This document shows positions 1-8,114 of a DNA stretch of 52,983 nt, piece by piece. This stretch comes from a virus (Duplodnaviria > Caudoviricetes): IMG/VR virus record IMGVR_UViG_3300038379_000080, positions 1 through 52,983 of that record. One strand, written 5' to 3'. Both the position numbers and the translations under genes were made by a program. Within the stretch, counting starts at the first letter, position 1. Every line of letters starts with the position of its first letter. The notes beneath the pieces are model-generated. The model ran no database searches, was not told where the DNA came from, and saw only the letters and a program-made list of their open reading frames with translations.

Positions 1-8
1 ACGCCGGG

Positions 9-45
9 AGGCGGCTCCTTAGCCTTCTCGCCAAGGAGCCGCCTA
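9..45. terminator. GC-rich hairpin, possible terminator
   Basis: AGGCGGCTCCTT...AAGGAGCCGCCT inverted repeat downstream of the minus-strand genes. Confidence 0.5.
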
Positions 46-93
46 CTGTCTTCCACACCCCACCAAGCTACGCTGACGAGGTTGTAGAAGTAA

Positions 94-393
94 TCAAGCA
101 GCGACAAAGCGGAACGCCTTGTCAGGGGCGTTGGCCTTGATCTGCCTTGCGATCTGATCAAAGCCAAACATCTTGAGCCGGGGACAACGTGATTGAATGG
201 AGAGCCACTTATTCTTGGCTTCCCGGACGGCACCCTCCGTGGCAGACTTCACGAATTCCTTGCCCTTGCTGTTCTTCGTGCGGTACTCGATGAGCTTGCA
301 ACTCTCAGCGACGAACTCCTCCATGATTTTGAAGACATCTCCGTCGCCAGTGAAAGCCTTGTTGAACTTCACGGACCAATCGAAAGCCTTCAT
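94..393 (-). CDS. hypothetical protein
   Basis: ORF; start MKAFDW follows AAGGAGGG RBS. Confidence 0.7.
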   Translation of the reverse strand: MKAFDWSVKFNKAFTGDGDVFKIMEEFVAESCKLIEYRTKNSKGKEFVKSATEGAVREAKNKWLSIQSRCPRLKMFGFDQIARQIKANAPDKAFRFVAA

Positions 394-403
394 AGTGCCC
401 TCC

Positions 404-799
404 TTACTTGTGAGTTGCCTCAACGAGAGGCTTCTCATCACGACAGTGACCGAACGACCAACCCCTACGCTTCGGCGTAGAGAATACTAGCGACCAAGAC
501 CAACCATTGGTCTTGATGTTGTGCTTTGTTTCAGCGGACCTTTTCAAGATGGAGCCTGGCCAACGCCAATGCACCTTCCCACATTCCAGTTGCTCCCAAT
601 AACCACCCTTCAGTAGGATGGTGATAAAATCCCACGGATGGTCGTGACTTGTGGGAAGAAAGTCAGGAGCAAATAATTGGTGCAGATAGATTTTGAACCA
701 CCTGCATCTGAACAGTTCATAACGAGTGAAAATCTCGCCATGCTCTGTCCAGCCCAATTCCTTGTGGTTGAACCACCATCTCAGAAAGCGCTCAAACAC
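404..799 (-). CDS. cupin-fold protein
   Basis: HDHPWDFITILLKGGYWE ... H cupin motif. Confidence 0.7.
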   Translation of the reverse strand: MFERFLRWWFNHKELGWTEHGEIFTRYELFRCRWFKIYLHQLFAPDFLPTSHDHPWDFITILLKGGYWEQLECGKVHWRWPGSILKRSAETKHNIKTNGWSWSLVFSTPKRRGWSFGHCRDEKPLVEATHK

Positions 800-1137
800 G
801 CTTTGAACCTTTCAAGAGTTTTCATGAACTTCTCCACATGATATAGTGGCTCCTTGCAATCTCGACGCCGCTCGAAATACACAACCAGATTTTCAAAGGC
901 ATCAACGAATGCCGTATCTAGTTGTTCGATGCTTGCAGCGGCATGCATATCTCGTGAAACAGCTCGACCATCGTGAGCGTTCCGGATTGAAACAAGCCGA
1001 AGCCAGTATTCCCAGAAGATTTTAAGAACCTTCTCGGAAAAGCCCGCTTTTGTGCGGGCTTCTCTCGCTTCTAGCATTTTCACTACGATGCCGAACCCTT
1101 TCACAACGAAGTGGTCGAGTTCATCTTGTGTGATCAT
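781..1137 (-). CDS. hypothetical protein
   Basis: ORF tiled in operon. Confidence 0.65.
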   Translation of the reverse strand: MITQDELDHFVVKGFGIVVKMLEAREARTKAGFSEKVLKIFWEYWLRLVSIRNAHDGRAVSRDMHAAASIEQLDTAFVDAFENLVVYFERRRDCKEPLYHVEKFMKTLERFKACLSAF

Positions 1138-1621
1138 GGTTGAAGGTTTTGATGGCCCCTATCAATCTCTTCGCTGCCGAGGGTGCTGTTTCTCGTGTGA
1201 TTGGCCCGTGAGCATTGATGCTGTCTCGCAGCGCTCCGACCAGATATCGCTCCAAAGCTCCTCGTTGCGATAGATTGATTTTCCTCTCAGTTGTCAAAGG
1301 CTTAGGCTCCCAATTCAGATGCCGGGTTGCCGCTTCGTACTCAAGATCAAAGAAGACTTGGTCCGCAAAATCACGCCAGCTAAGGGCCTTGATTTTGGCA
1401 GCAACTTGCTGAAAATAAGTACCTTTGAAGCCTTCGTACAACCCTGCTGCCATCTCTTGCTTGACGACTGCAAGGCTATATAGCCTGTCCAACAGGACGA
1501 CGAGAAGGTTATTATCCAGTTTGTTAATTGGAACCTCCTTCCCGCCTCTGTTTGTCCAGGTAGGTGGAGCCTCTGCAACGGGGAACAAGTGTAAAACGAG
1601 TTCCTCGTTCATCGAATCCAC
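1121..1621 (-). CDS. hypothetical protein
   Basis: ORF tiled in operon. Confidence 0.65.
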   Translation of the reverse strand: MDSMNEELVLHLFPVAEAPPTWTNRGGKEVPINKLDNNLLVVLLDRLYSLAVVKQEMAAGLYEGFKGTYFQQVAAKIKALSWRDFADQVFFDLEYEAATRHLNWEPKPLTTERKINLSQRGALERYLVGALRDSINAHGPITRETAPSAAKRLIGAIKTFNHDHTR

Positions 1622-1821
1622 ACTTCATGGTGAGTATCCGTGATAGCAACCGCCACCGGAGCGATTGCCATACGCGGATCGATTTCGTGTTTCTTCATGA
1701 GTTCTGTTGCTTCGTGCAAGGACTTACAAAGACCAAGCGGAGTGGAGAACCAAGTCTCCCACCGCTTGATACTCTCGTCCTTCTCACCGAAGATGACCCT
1801 GTTCGATAGAACGCAGATCAA
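1609..1821 (-). CDS. hypothetical protein
   Basis: ORF, start overlaps upstream stop. Confidence 0.6.
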   Translation of the reverse strand: MICVLSNRVIFGEKDESIKRWETWFSTPLGLCKSLHEATELMKKHEIDPRMAIAPVAVAITDTHHEVWIR

Positions 1822-1997
1822 TTGTGATTCTCCGGTTCATCGTGCGGGACATAATCACCCGCTGGTCCGTATGTATGCCAATTGCAACTTTGGCACCCTT
1901 GATAGTTGTCGTCTTCGTTTCCTGTGTCCTCACAAGAGTGCATCGTGGGTCGCTTGCAATTGCCACAGTAACGCACATCATCGTACAGGTTTCTCAT
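1818..1997 (-). CDS. small zinc-ribbon protein (59 aa, not in ORF track)
   Basis: Translated by hand: MRNLYDDVRYCGNCKRPT...GCQSCNW; GAGG RBS. Confidence 0.65.
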   Translation of the reverse strand: MRNLYDDVRYCGNCKRPTMHSCEDTGNEDDNYQGCQSCNWHTYGPAGDYVPHDEPENHN

Positions 1998-2008
1998 GTG
2001 AGAGCCTC

Positions 2009-2039
2009 TAGCTAACAGGGTGGGCGACCCTGTTAGCTA
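2009..2039. terminator. hairpin terminator
   Basis: TAGCTAACAGGGT...ACCCTGTTAGCTA inverted repeat after ORF 2046..2318. Confidence 0.6.
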
Positions 2040-2045
2040 TCGAAA

Positions 2046-2318
2046 TCACTGAGCGTTAAGCTCTTCACAGGCTTCCTGTGCGGACGCTTCATCCGCGAAG
2101 CCCTTGACCGCCGCGCCACTGGCAACCTCGATCACTGCGTAGGCATGACCTTGGGCTGTAAGAGGGTCCGAAGCCTCCAGCTTCTTCGGGCTATACCGAA
2201 GAGAGTTCTTCTTCTTTGTAACCTCAGCAGCAGCGGTTACACCGGCCTTTGCAGCAGCCGAGACTCCCGTTCCGGGAGTCGAAGGCGTGCCAGGAGTTGC
2301 AGACGGAGTAGACATCAC
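2046..2318 (-). CDS. hypothetical protein with Pro/Thr/Ala-rich N-terminus
   Basis: ORF with GGAGG RBS. Confidence 0.7.
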   Translation of the reverse strand: MMSTPSATPGTPSTPGTGVSAAAKAGVTAAAEVTKKKNSLRYSPKKLEASDPLTAQGHAYAVIEVASGAAVKGFADEASAQEACEELNAQ

Positions 2319-2653
2319 TTACCTCCAAGAAGCATCTTGCGTTGCTCGGGTGTTGGAAGTTCGATAACTCGCCCCGAAGCCTCACGAGTTAATCGGTCCA
2401 TTGCAGCTTTTGCTGCTTGTTGCGGGTGTTTCTCACAGTTCGTTAACGCATCGACGATGCCGTTATAATACTGAAGTTCAAAGGCTTCATGAATATTCAG
2501 CCCCAAGCGACCGTAACGGTTCACGTTTTGGTCATGAAGCACAGATCCGATGTTGCCTTCGATTTTCAGCCGACCGTGATTAACTGTCATCAACTCAGCA
2601 AGTCGCCGAAGATTTCGACAGTCATTGAGATTGAGCCAATCGTCAAGCGTCAT
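2315..2653 (-). CDS. hypothetical protein
   Basis: ORF; start MTLDDW overlaps the stop of a small upstream ORF (ATGA). Confidence 0.65.
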   Translation of the reverse strand: MTLDDWLNLNDCRNLRRLAELMTVNHGRLKIEGNIGSVLHDQNVNRYGRLGLNIHEAFELQYYNGIVDALTNCEKHPQQAAKAAMDRLTREASGRVIELPTPEQRKMLLGGK

Positions 2654-2781
2654 CCTTCCCTCGCCAGAATTTCCTCGACAGTCCACTCTTGTGGCTTAGG
2701 AGGTTGCTGACAGCAGCAAAGACAGAATTCAGGCAACTGCTCGCTTGCTGAAACAATAACTGTCATCATCGTCGGTCTCCC

Positions 2782-3369
2782 TTACAGGTAGTCGCCCACG
2801 TATGGGCCGAGTTTGTCGATTCGGTCGAGTTGCTCCTGAATGCTCTCCATCACACGATGCCGGTTGGCGTAGTCTGAATTCCACATTCGTGGAGGCTGAC
2901 AGACCTTACCTCCACGCTCTCGGAACTTCTTGACGTTGGAGTCCGAGTCGTCAACCAAAATCGTGTCGTGACGAGCACCAAGATGTTTCTTGCTGCCAAA
3001 GACGATGTTGTGCTTGTAATGTCGAGGCAAATGCCTCTCCACCCATCGCTTCTTGCCGTCCATGCAGCCGTAGTTCTCGCTTGGTGATGTCCAGAGCGTA
3101 ATATGCTCCTGCCCATAACGGGCTTCCAACATCTTCACAATGTCGGGACCGTCTGGCAGCCACTCTAACTTAGCCCAAAACTCGAAATCCATTGGCTTCC
3201 AGAATGCCGGAGCTTGCATTTTTACAAGTTCCATGATGTCCCAGCATCCAGGATGATCTTTATACAACTCTTCCGTTGTTGTACGCAGATCGTGGACTTC
3301 TATTGCTCCTCTGATAAAGTCCACCAATACACCATCCATATCGAGTAGAATTTGAAATTCTCTCGACAT
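2782..3369 (-). CDS. 5'(3')-deoxyribonucleotidase, HAD/NT5C family
   Basis: LLDMDGVLVDF, WTSP, KKRW and LVDD HAD motifs. Confidence 0.9.
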   Translation of the reverse strand: MSREFQILLDMDGVLVDFIRGAIEVHDLRTTTEELYKDHPGCWDIMELVKMQAPAFWKPMDFEFWAKLEWLPDGPDIVKMLEARYGQEHITLWTSPSENYGCMDGKKRWVERHLPRHYKHNIVFGSKKHLGARHDTILVDDSDSNVKKFRERGGKVCQPPRMWNSDYANRHRVMESIQEQLDRIDKLGPYVGDYL

Positions 3370-3372
3370 GAA

Positions 3373-3791
3373 TCAATCCTTACCTTTCTTGTTCAAGACA
3401 GCCATCTCCTCGAAGAGAAGCTCTCTCAAAGCGACGATTTCAGTTGGAACTTTTCTTCCTTGAACATGAGCGCACGTCTCATGAAACTCTATCGCCAACT
3501 TTGCTTGAGCTTGCTTTGTGAGCAGATAAGGCTGTATCAATTTGATTGCCTGAACTGCTCTTGGACCGCCCACTGAAATACAGACACATCCTTGTGTCTT
3601 GTTTTCTTAGCTGGACTAGGATATATTTCACCACATTTCAAAATCAGCTTGAGCCTCTCAAGTGTTGCTTTATGCGTCATCTGACATGCCAGATAGACAT
3701 TATAGCTGTTACCTGAAGTGTAAGCTATTTTGATGCAACCCTCGCCGTCAATAAGACCGGCAGCCCAACCAATCATGCCTTCATGAGTCAT
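3373..3791 (-). pseudogene. LAGLIDADG homing endonuclease split by a 1-nt frameshift
   Basis: N-half WAAGLIDGEG (3537..3791) and C-half PYLLTKQAQA...LNKKGK (3373..3573) lie in adjacent frames; together they align with intact paralog 9214..9618. Confidence 0.8.
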
Positions 3792-4333
3792 ACCAGTTCT
3801 AATCCTTCGTCGTGGTACATGGAGAATCCGGCCTCATCACCCATTGCCTTGCAGATGAATGCGGCCATCCAGTGTCCGAGCCGAAGAACCTCGCCGTTGA
3901 TTTCGACAGGCTCTTGCCAGGCTTTAGGGTTGCCGCCGAGTTTGTACATGACGCGACCGAAAACCTTCAACTCTTCATCGACGAAGATTGTAAGAACTTC
4001 CTTTTCGCGCCACAATTCCAAGCTAATGGCTTTTGGCTCAGCCGGATTGTATGGAATTACAATCCTGTAACCGTCCTTGATTTCGCCAGTAAGCCTGACA
4101 CGTTGACTCTCTGGCCGACGAACTTGTCTGCCAATGCTGTCATTGGCGATGATAAAATCGTGCCAGATGCCGCTGTCAATATCCATCAAGGCGTGAATAT
4201 CGCCTTGCTTGGTAGTTGAATTCATCAACGCCTTGATGCGCTTGATGGGGCTGTTGTACTTGAGCATGGCAAACACGCACACCATTGCTGTCTGCCGCAT
4301 CTCCTTTGAGCCGACGAATTCGAGCTTCTTCAT
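3788..4333 (-). CDS. hypothetical protein
   Basis: Start MKKLEF overlaps upstream stop (ATGA). Confidence 0.65.
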   Translation of the reverse strand: MKKLEFVGSKEMRQTAMVCVFAMLKYNSPIKRIKALMNSTTKQGDIHALMDIDSGIWHDFIIANDSIGRQVRRPESQRVRLTGEIKDGYRIVIPYNPAEPKAISLELWREKEVLTIFVDEELKVFGRVMYKLGGNPKAWQEPVEINGEVLRLGHWMAAFICKAMGDEAGFSMYHDEGLELV

Positions 4334-4545
4334 AGGACGTATCCGCTTTCCAGTGGTGGGAGGACGATTGGCAGCTCTCTCGATGTCCCACCTTTCTGTA
4401 AGAATATCCTCGCAATCCTTTGTAGCTCTTCCCATACTTTCCCCGGATACGTGTTGCCCAGCGAGCCGTTGTACAAATCCAACAAGGCTTTGTACTCGTG
4501 CAAGCATTGTTCTCGTGTTTGAAGCCGCTCATTAGGAATGATCAT
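4330..4545 (-). CDS. hypothetical protein
   Basis: MIIPNERL..., ATGA-coupled at both ends. Confidence 0.6.
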   Translation of the reverse strand: MIIPNERLQTREQCLHEYKALLDLYNGSLGNTYPGKVWEELQRIARIFLQKGGTSRELPIVLPPLESGYVL

Positions 4546-4709
4546 CGCCTTACAGTCCCTCCACACGAGCAGTATGCCCAAGAGTCCAGTGGCAAGATTT
4601 GAACAACCTTGCCACACTTGCAATTCCTTGTAACCGCCCCAAGAGAAACTTTGAAGGCTTTATCCAGCCTTTGATTTCGGCGGGCTTCTCGCTTTTGTTT
4701 CTTACCCAT
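4542..4709 (-). CDS. small basic zinc-ribbon protein (55 aa, not in ORF track)
   Basis: MGKKQKREARR...CKCG...YCSCGG; TAATG coupling. Confidence 0.6.
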   Translation of the reverse strand: MGKKQKREARRNQRLDKAFKVSLGAVTRNCKCGKVVQILPLDSWAYCSCGGTVRR

Positions 4710-4921
4710 TAGTTCACCTTTGGGTCAATGGCATTGAGCATCGCCGGATCACTAAGCGGGATGATAAGCCACTGTCGGTCTTTGATGATTTCGACAGCAC
4801 GTTCAGCCCATCTGTCAACCTGTGCTTCGGTTGAAAATGGACCAAAGACTCCGTTCACCTGTTCGCTTAGTGTCAGCACTTCGCTCGGTAATGCCGGCTC
4901 GAACATCACGACAACGAACAT
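4709..4921 (-). CDS. hypothetical protein
   Basis: ORF with GGAGG RBS. Confidence 0.6.
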   Translation of the reverse strand: MFVVVMFEPALPSEVLTLSEQVNGVFGPFSTEAQVDRWAERAVEIIKDRQWLIIPLSDPAMLNAIDPKVN

Positions 4922-5057
4922 GATGCCCTCCAAATCTATGGGGTTGCACCACGCGGCCCCATCACAACCTCGTGTGCTTACCTGCCGGGCGACCCGTGGT
5001 CGGTTATTCTACCCAGCCGGAGGGAGCTTGTACATGCGGCTTTAGCTCTCCTCACTT

Positions 5058-5426
5058 CTAGGGGGACTCAGTCACCGCTCCCGTGCCTAGATACTCAGAC
5101 AGCTTTGTTGCAAGATACCAAGGACGTGTGAGGCTCCAACGTTTCTTTGCGTAGGCACGAATAGTACCTTTGTTGCTCCAGCGATCTTTGCTTCGCAAGG
5201 CTCTCCGGATCAGCTTGACACAAAGACTACGCTGCTTCTTAGGCCCCATCTTGATTATACAATCAAGAAGAGTCTGCATCCTGAGTTTCTTTGGATCTCT
5301 GAGCTTGGTTAGATAGTAATTAAGCTCTGGATGGCCCTGGCAATGTTCATCAAGCCAGTCGGCCAAAATCAGTGCTTCGTCTTTCTGTCCAGCCAAGATG
5401 GCCTTAACAGCATCCAGCATGTCCAT
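5058..5426 (-). CDS. protein with TIGR02996-like (planctomycete repeat-companion) N-terminal motif
   Basis: AILAGQKDEALILADWLDEH resembles the 'AI...P.DD..RLVYADWLEE' motif. Confidence 0.6.
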   Translation of the reverse strand: MDMLDAVKAILAGQKDEALILADWLDEHCQGHPELNYYLTKLRDPKKLRMQTLLDCIIKMGPKKQRSLCVKLIRRALRSKDRWSNKGTIRAYAKKRWSLTRPWYLATKLSEYLGTGAVTESP

Positions 5427-5429
5427 GAA

Positions 5430-5504
5430 AGCCTCCGCTGAGGACTCGAACCTCAGATTCCTACTCTGGTTAGGAGTTTTGAATTACCGTTATGCTACAG
5501 AAGC
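5430..5504 (-). tRNA. atypical or degenerate tRNA-like gene (anticodon loop CU-AAC-CA)
   Basis: Acceptor GCTTCTG/CGGAGGC, T-arm CTGAGG-TTCGAGT-CCTCAG, weak D-stem. Confidence 0.55.
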
Positions 5505-5626
5505 CCCTTGCCCAATTCTCTCTGGCTCCAGAGGCGGGGCAAGGTCGCCTCAATGCCAGCGGAGCGGCCATATCGTACTTGAGCCTGCTGTCGTACCTCG
5601 TGGCTATTTCAGTACGTCCACGAGAG

Positions 5627-5697
5627 AGGCCACGGAGGGAATCGAACCCTCGCCACCTGCTTACAAGGCAGGCGCTCGACCTTCGAGCTACGCGGCC
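5627..5697 (-). tRNA. tRNA-Thr(UGU)
   Basis: Canonical cloverleaf, CCTGC-CT TGT AA-GCAGG, GGTTCGATTCC; CCA not encoded. Confidence 0.9.
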
Positions 5698-6009
5698 ACG
5701 AGCTTCCTTGCTCTGCAATGTCAGGACTTCATCCCGCCCTGCGACCCTCGTTTGCCGGAGAACAGGTCGATGCTCTCGAAATCGTCTTGAGACACCCGGC
5801 ATCTCAAGCCGACCGCACTTTTACCCTCTCGTGTGCGGAACGCGCGCCTGTCTCCCTCACTAGGGAACATCCTGCAAGTGCAGGAGAGAGTGAGGTACTA
5901 GAGCAGCTTGGACATATGGATTTTAGCCACTCCAATTTACACCGGCATCCCATTGAGACGGGGATTCATGCTTGATAACATGAGCCATACCGATGGTTCC
6001 ACTGAATCA
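5698..6009 (-). ncRNA. putative structured RNA between tRNAs
   Basis: No credible ORF; dense hairpins such as CCTCACT/AGTGAGG, TCCTGCA/TGCAGGA, CTTGAGA/TCTCAAG and CCGCAC/GTGCGG. Confidence 0.45.
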
Positions 6010-6085
6010 GGCCGCCGCCGGGGATTTGAACCCCGATCAACTTGGGTTTGCAGCCCAAGCATGCTACCAAATACATCACGGCGAC
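6010..6085 (-). tRNA. atypical tRNA with Cys (GCA) anticodon
   Basis: GTCGCCG/CGGCGGC acceptor, 6-bp anticodon stem CTTGGG-CTGCAAA-CCCAAG, CGGGG-TTCAAAT-CCCCG plus an extra G. Confidence 0.8.
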
Positions 6086-6092
6086 TCACTTG

Positions 6093-6299
6093 TCAGACCG
6101 CCCGAAGCGTCCGGACAACATCCGTGGGTTGCCCGGACCCAACAAACGTCTTTCCGGTAAGGGCGGAAATCAAGCTGACAAGCCGTTCCACGTTTCGATT
6201 GTCGTAGACGAGAAAGTCCTTGACAACTGGCTGTCCGTGTTGATCCTTCACAAGACTCATCTTGTTCGCGTGTCGTACTGTGATCGTCTCGACCTGCAT
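6093..6299 (-). CDS. hypothetical protein
   Basis: ORF with GGGAG RBS. Confidence 0.6.
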   Translation of the reverse strand: MQVETITVRHANKMSLVKDQHGQPVVKDFLVYDNRNVERLVSLISALTGKTFVGSGQPTDVVRTLRAV

Positions 6300-6302
6300 T
6301 GA

Positions 6303-6566
6303 TCACTCCCAGCGTTCAGGGTACATCTCGAACTCAAGGATGGCTGTCAGGATCTCACACCACGTTTCGACCCCAAAATCACCATCTGGCAGATCATTGC
6401 AGCCTTCCCCGTCCTTGCCAATAAGGAAGGCTTGTAACCACCCCTCTGTGGCGACGATTTTGTAGTCGTTTTCTCGACCCACGATGAGGAAGCTGATTTC
6501 TCCGCCATCTTGTTCCCACTCGGAGGTCTCGAATTTCTCAGCCCATTGCTTGAGTTGGTCGAGCAT
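6303..6566 (-). CDS. hypothetical protein
   Basis: Acidic ORF in operon. Confidence 0.65.
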   Translation of the reverse strand: MLDQLKQWAEKFETSEWEQDGGEISFLIVGRENDYKIVATEGWLQAFLIGKDGEGCNDLPDGDFGVETWCEILTAILEFEMYPERWE

Positions 6567-6570
6567 GATT

Positions 6571-6918
6571 TCACCAACTTCCAGGGTAGTTGGCCGGATT
6601 GATCTCTTGATGGAACTCGTCAGGCGTGATGCCCATTGCCTTCAAGATTGTGTTCTTGTGCTTGATCACGTCATTGGTGATCCGCAACTCGTGCTTATGC
6701 AATGCACACCGGATCGACTCGCTTGAGAGCCGCTCCAAGCACTTGAGTTCGGCCTTCTCCTCCTTGGTCAAGTAGCTGGCCCTTCCTGCCACTTGCACAA
6801 GAGCCGATTGCAACCGAGTCATGACCCCAAACGTGTTTGGAAGCACGTCTTTGTCCAACAGATCGCTGACGCACTCCCTGATGGTGAAAATCGGATTCAC
6901 AGTCTTATACGCCTGCAT
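6571..6918 (-). CDS. hypothetical protein
   Basis: ORF, GAGGAGG RBS, TAATG coupling. Confidence 0.7.
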   Translation of the reverse strand: MQAYKTVNPIFTIRECVSDLLDKDVLPNTFGVMTRLQSALVQVAGRASYLTKEEKAELKCLERLSSESIRCALHKHELRITNDVIKHKNTILKAMGITPDEFHQEINPANYPGSW

Positions 6919-7100
6919 TAACGGTCCTCCTCATACGCTTTAACAATGTTATCCCACGTACCGTTGTACGCTAGATGAGAGCGAACCGTTCGCTCCTCTG
7001 ACTCGTGCAGTTGTTGCTTCTGGGATTTTGCTGTCAATTTTCGACAGTTTGGGCAAATACCGCTTGATTTCGTCGGACGCCTGCAATTAAAGCAGGTCAT
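6918..7100 (-). CDS. small zinc-finger protein
   Basis: CFNC...CPNC. Confidence 0.6.
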   Translation of the reverse strand: MTCFNCRRPTKSSGICPNCRKLTAKSQKQQLHESEERTVRSHLAYNGTWDNIVKAYEEDR

Positions 7101-7708
7101 CGACCGTCCATCCCTTTGCACACAATATGCAAGTAGCGACAAGCATATGTGTGTAGGCAGGTCGGATCGTGAAAGTGGGCGGCTTCATCAGTGAATCCAA
7201 AGTCGTCGCACATATCTCCGAGAACTCCTATCTCACTGTACTTGCTTTCTGACCGGATCTGGAACCCCAGCCGGCGAATTTCCAGCGGATATCTTGGTTC
7301 GTACTTGGGTTTCGTGAGAACTGTGTCCTTCCAGATATCCCACAACTGGATTTTCGGAACGTACTTCATCAGCCCTCGAAGGTGCGGATGGGTACGCCAG
7401 CTCAAATTGGTCATATCCTGCCACTCTTGTAGATCAGACAGCAGGTTGTAGATGACCCACTGAGCTTTCTTTCGTTCCGGAAGCGTGAACGCTCGGAAGT
7501 CACGCCAGCCCGGAGGCTTCATGAACAGAGATCGATTTCCCAATCCTAGCTTGAACTTTTCGTAGGCTTCCTTGACCTTCGGCCACTCGATGAAGCCCTT
7601 CAGCCAATCGCAGCACCCGAACAAGAAGTGCTGATAGCCGAAGAAATCATCATCGGTCAAGTTCAAGACCGAACCCTGAAGGTGAGCCAGACTGTCAAAT
7701 CGATCCAT
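7097..7708 (-). CDS. hypothetical protein
   Basis: GGGAGG RBS; C-terminal 'VLGDMCDDFG...AHFHDPTCLHTYAC' resembles planctomycete 'ILADALE.AG.....L.H.R....H..GC' tails. Confidence 0.7.
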   Translation of the reverse strand: MDRFDSLAHLQGSVLNLTDDDFFGYQHFLFGCCDWLKGFIEWPKVKEAYEKFKLGLGNRSLFMKPPGWRDFRAFTLPERKKAQWVIYNLLSDLQEWQDMTNLSWRTHPHLRGLMKYVPKIQLWDIWKDTVLTKPKYEPRYPLEIRRLGFQIRSESKYSEIGVLGDMCDDFGFTDEAAHFHDPTCLHTYACRYLHIVCKGMDGR

Positions 7709-7754
7709 AAAATCAAATCCTCCCGTGTTATGTGCCGTAGGCTGTCCCTACCTA

Positions 7755-7783
7755 AGTATAGCACACTTTTTCCGACTTGTCAA
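7755..7783 (-). promoter_or_regulatory. sigma70-type promoter
   Basis: TTGACA-17nt-TATACT. Confidence 0.85.
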
Positions 7784-7808
7784 GTCGAATTTTAGGATGG
7801 ATTTGATT

Positions 7809-8114
7809 TTACGACACCAGTGTGAACCGGCGCACACCAGACTCGTGCATCCCGAGAAACTCGTCTACGAAGCGAGACGCTTGATGATTTGCATCGGTGA
7901 CTTCGAGATATTCTACTCGAAATCTAGACCATTGCTCGGCGTCCCGGACCACAGCAGTTACTAGGTATTCCTTGCCTTTGAAATGACGGTAGACCCCGCC
8001 AATTTTGACCCCTTGAACAAGAAAGAAAGCTGCCAGCTTCTCGACAACTTCCTGGTATTTCAACCAGTCAAAATCAGGGTCGAATTTCTCTTTGAAGCAA
8101 AGCAAGGCGTGCAT
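7809..8114 (-). CDS. DUF1653-like protein
   Basis: GGVYRHFKGKEYLV...VEY...R..DEF motif; start uncertain. Confidence 0.7.
   Translation of the reverse strand: MHALLCFKEKFDPDFDWLKYQEVVEKLAAFFLVQGVKIGGVYRHFKGKEYLVTAVVRDAEQWSRFRVEYLEVTDANHQASRFVDEFLGMHESGVRRFTLVS

Noticed and set aside
5698-6009. RNase P RNA or hammerhead ribozyme
   Set aside because: No GAGGAAAGUCC in the proper position and no CUGANGA/GAAA core found.
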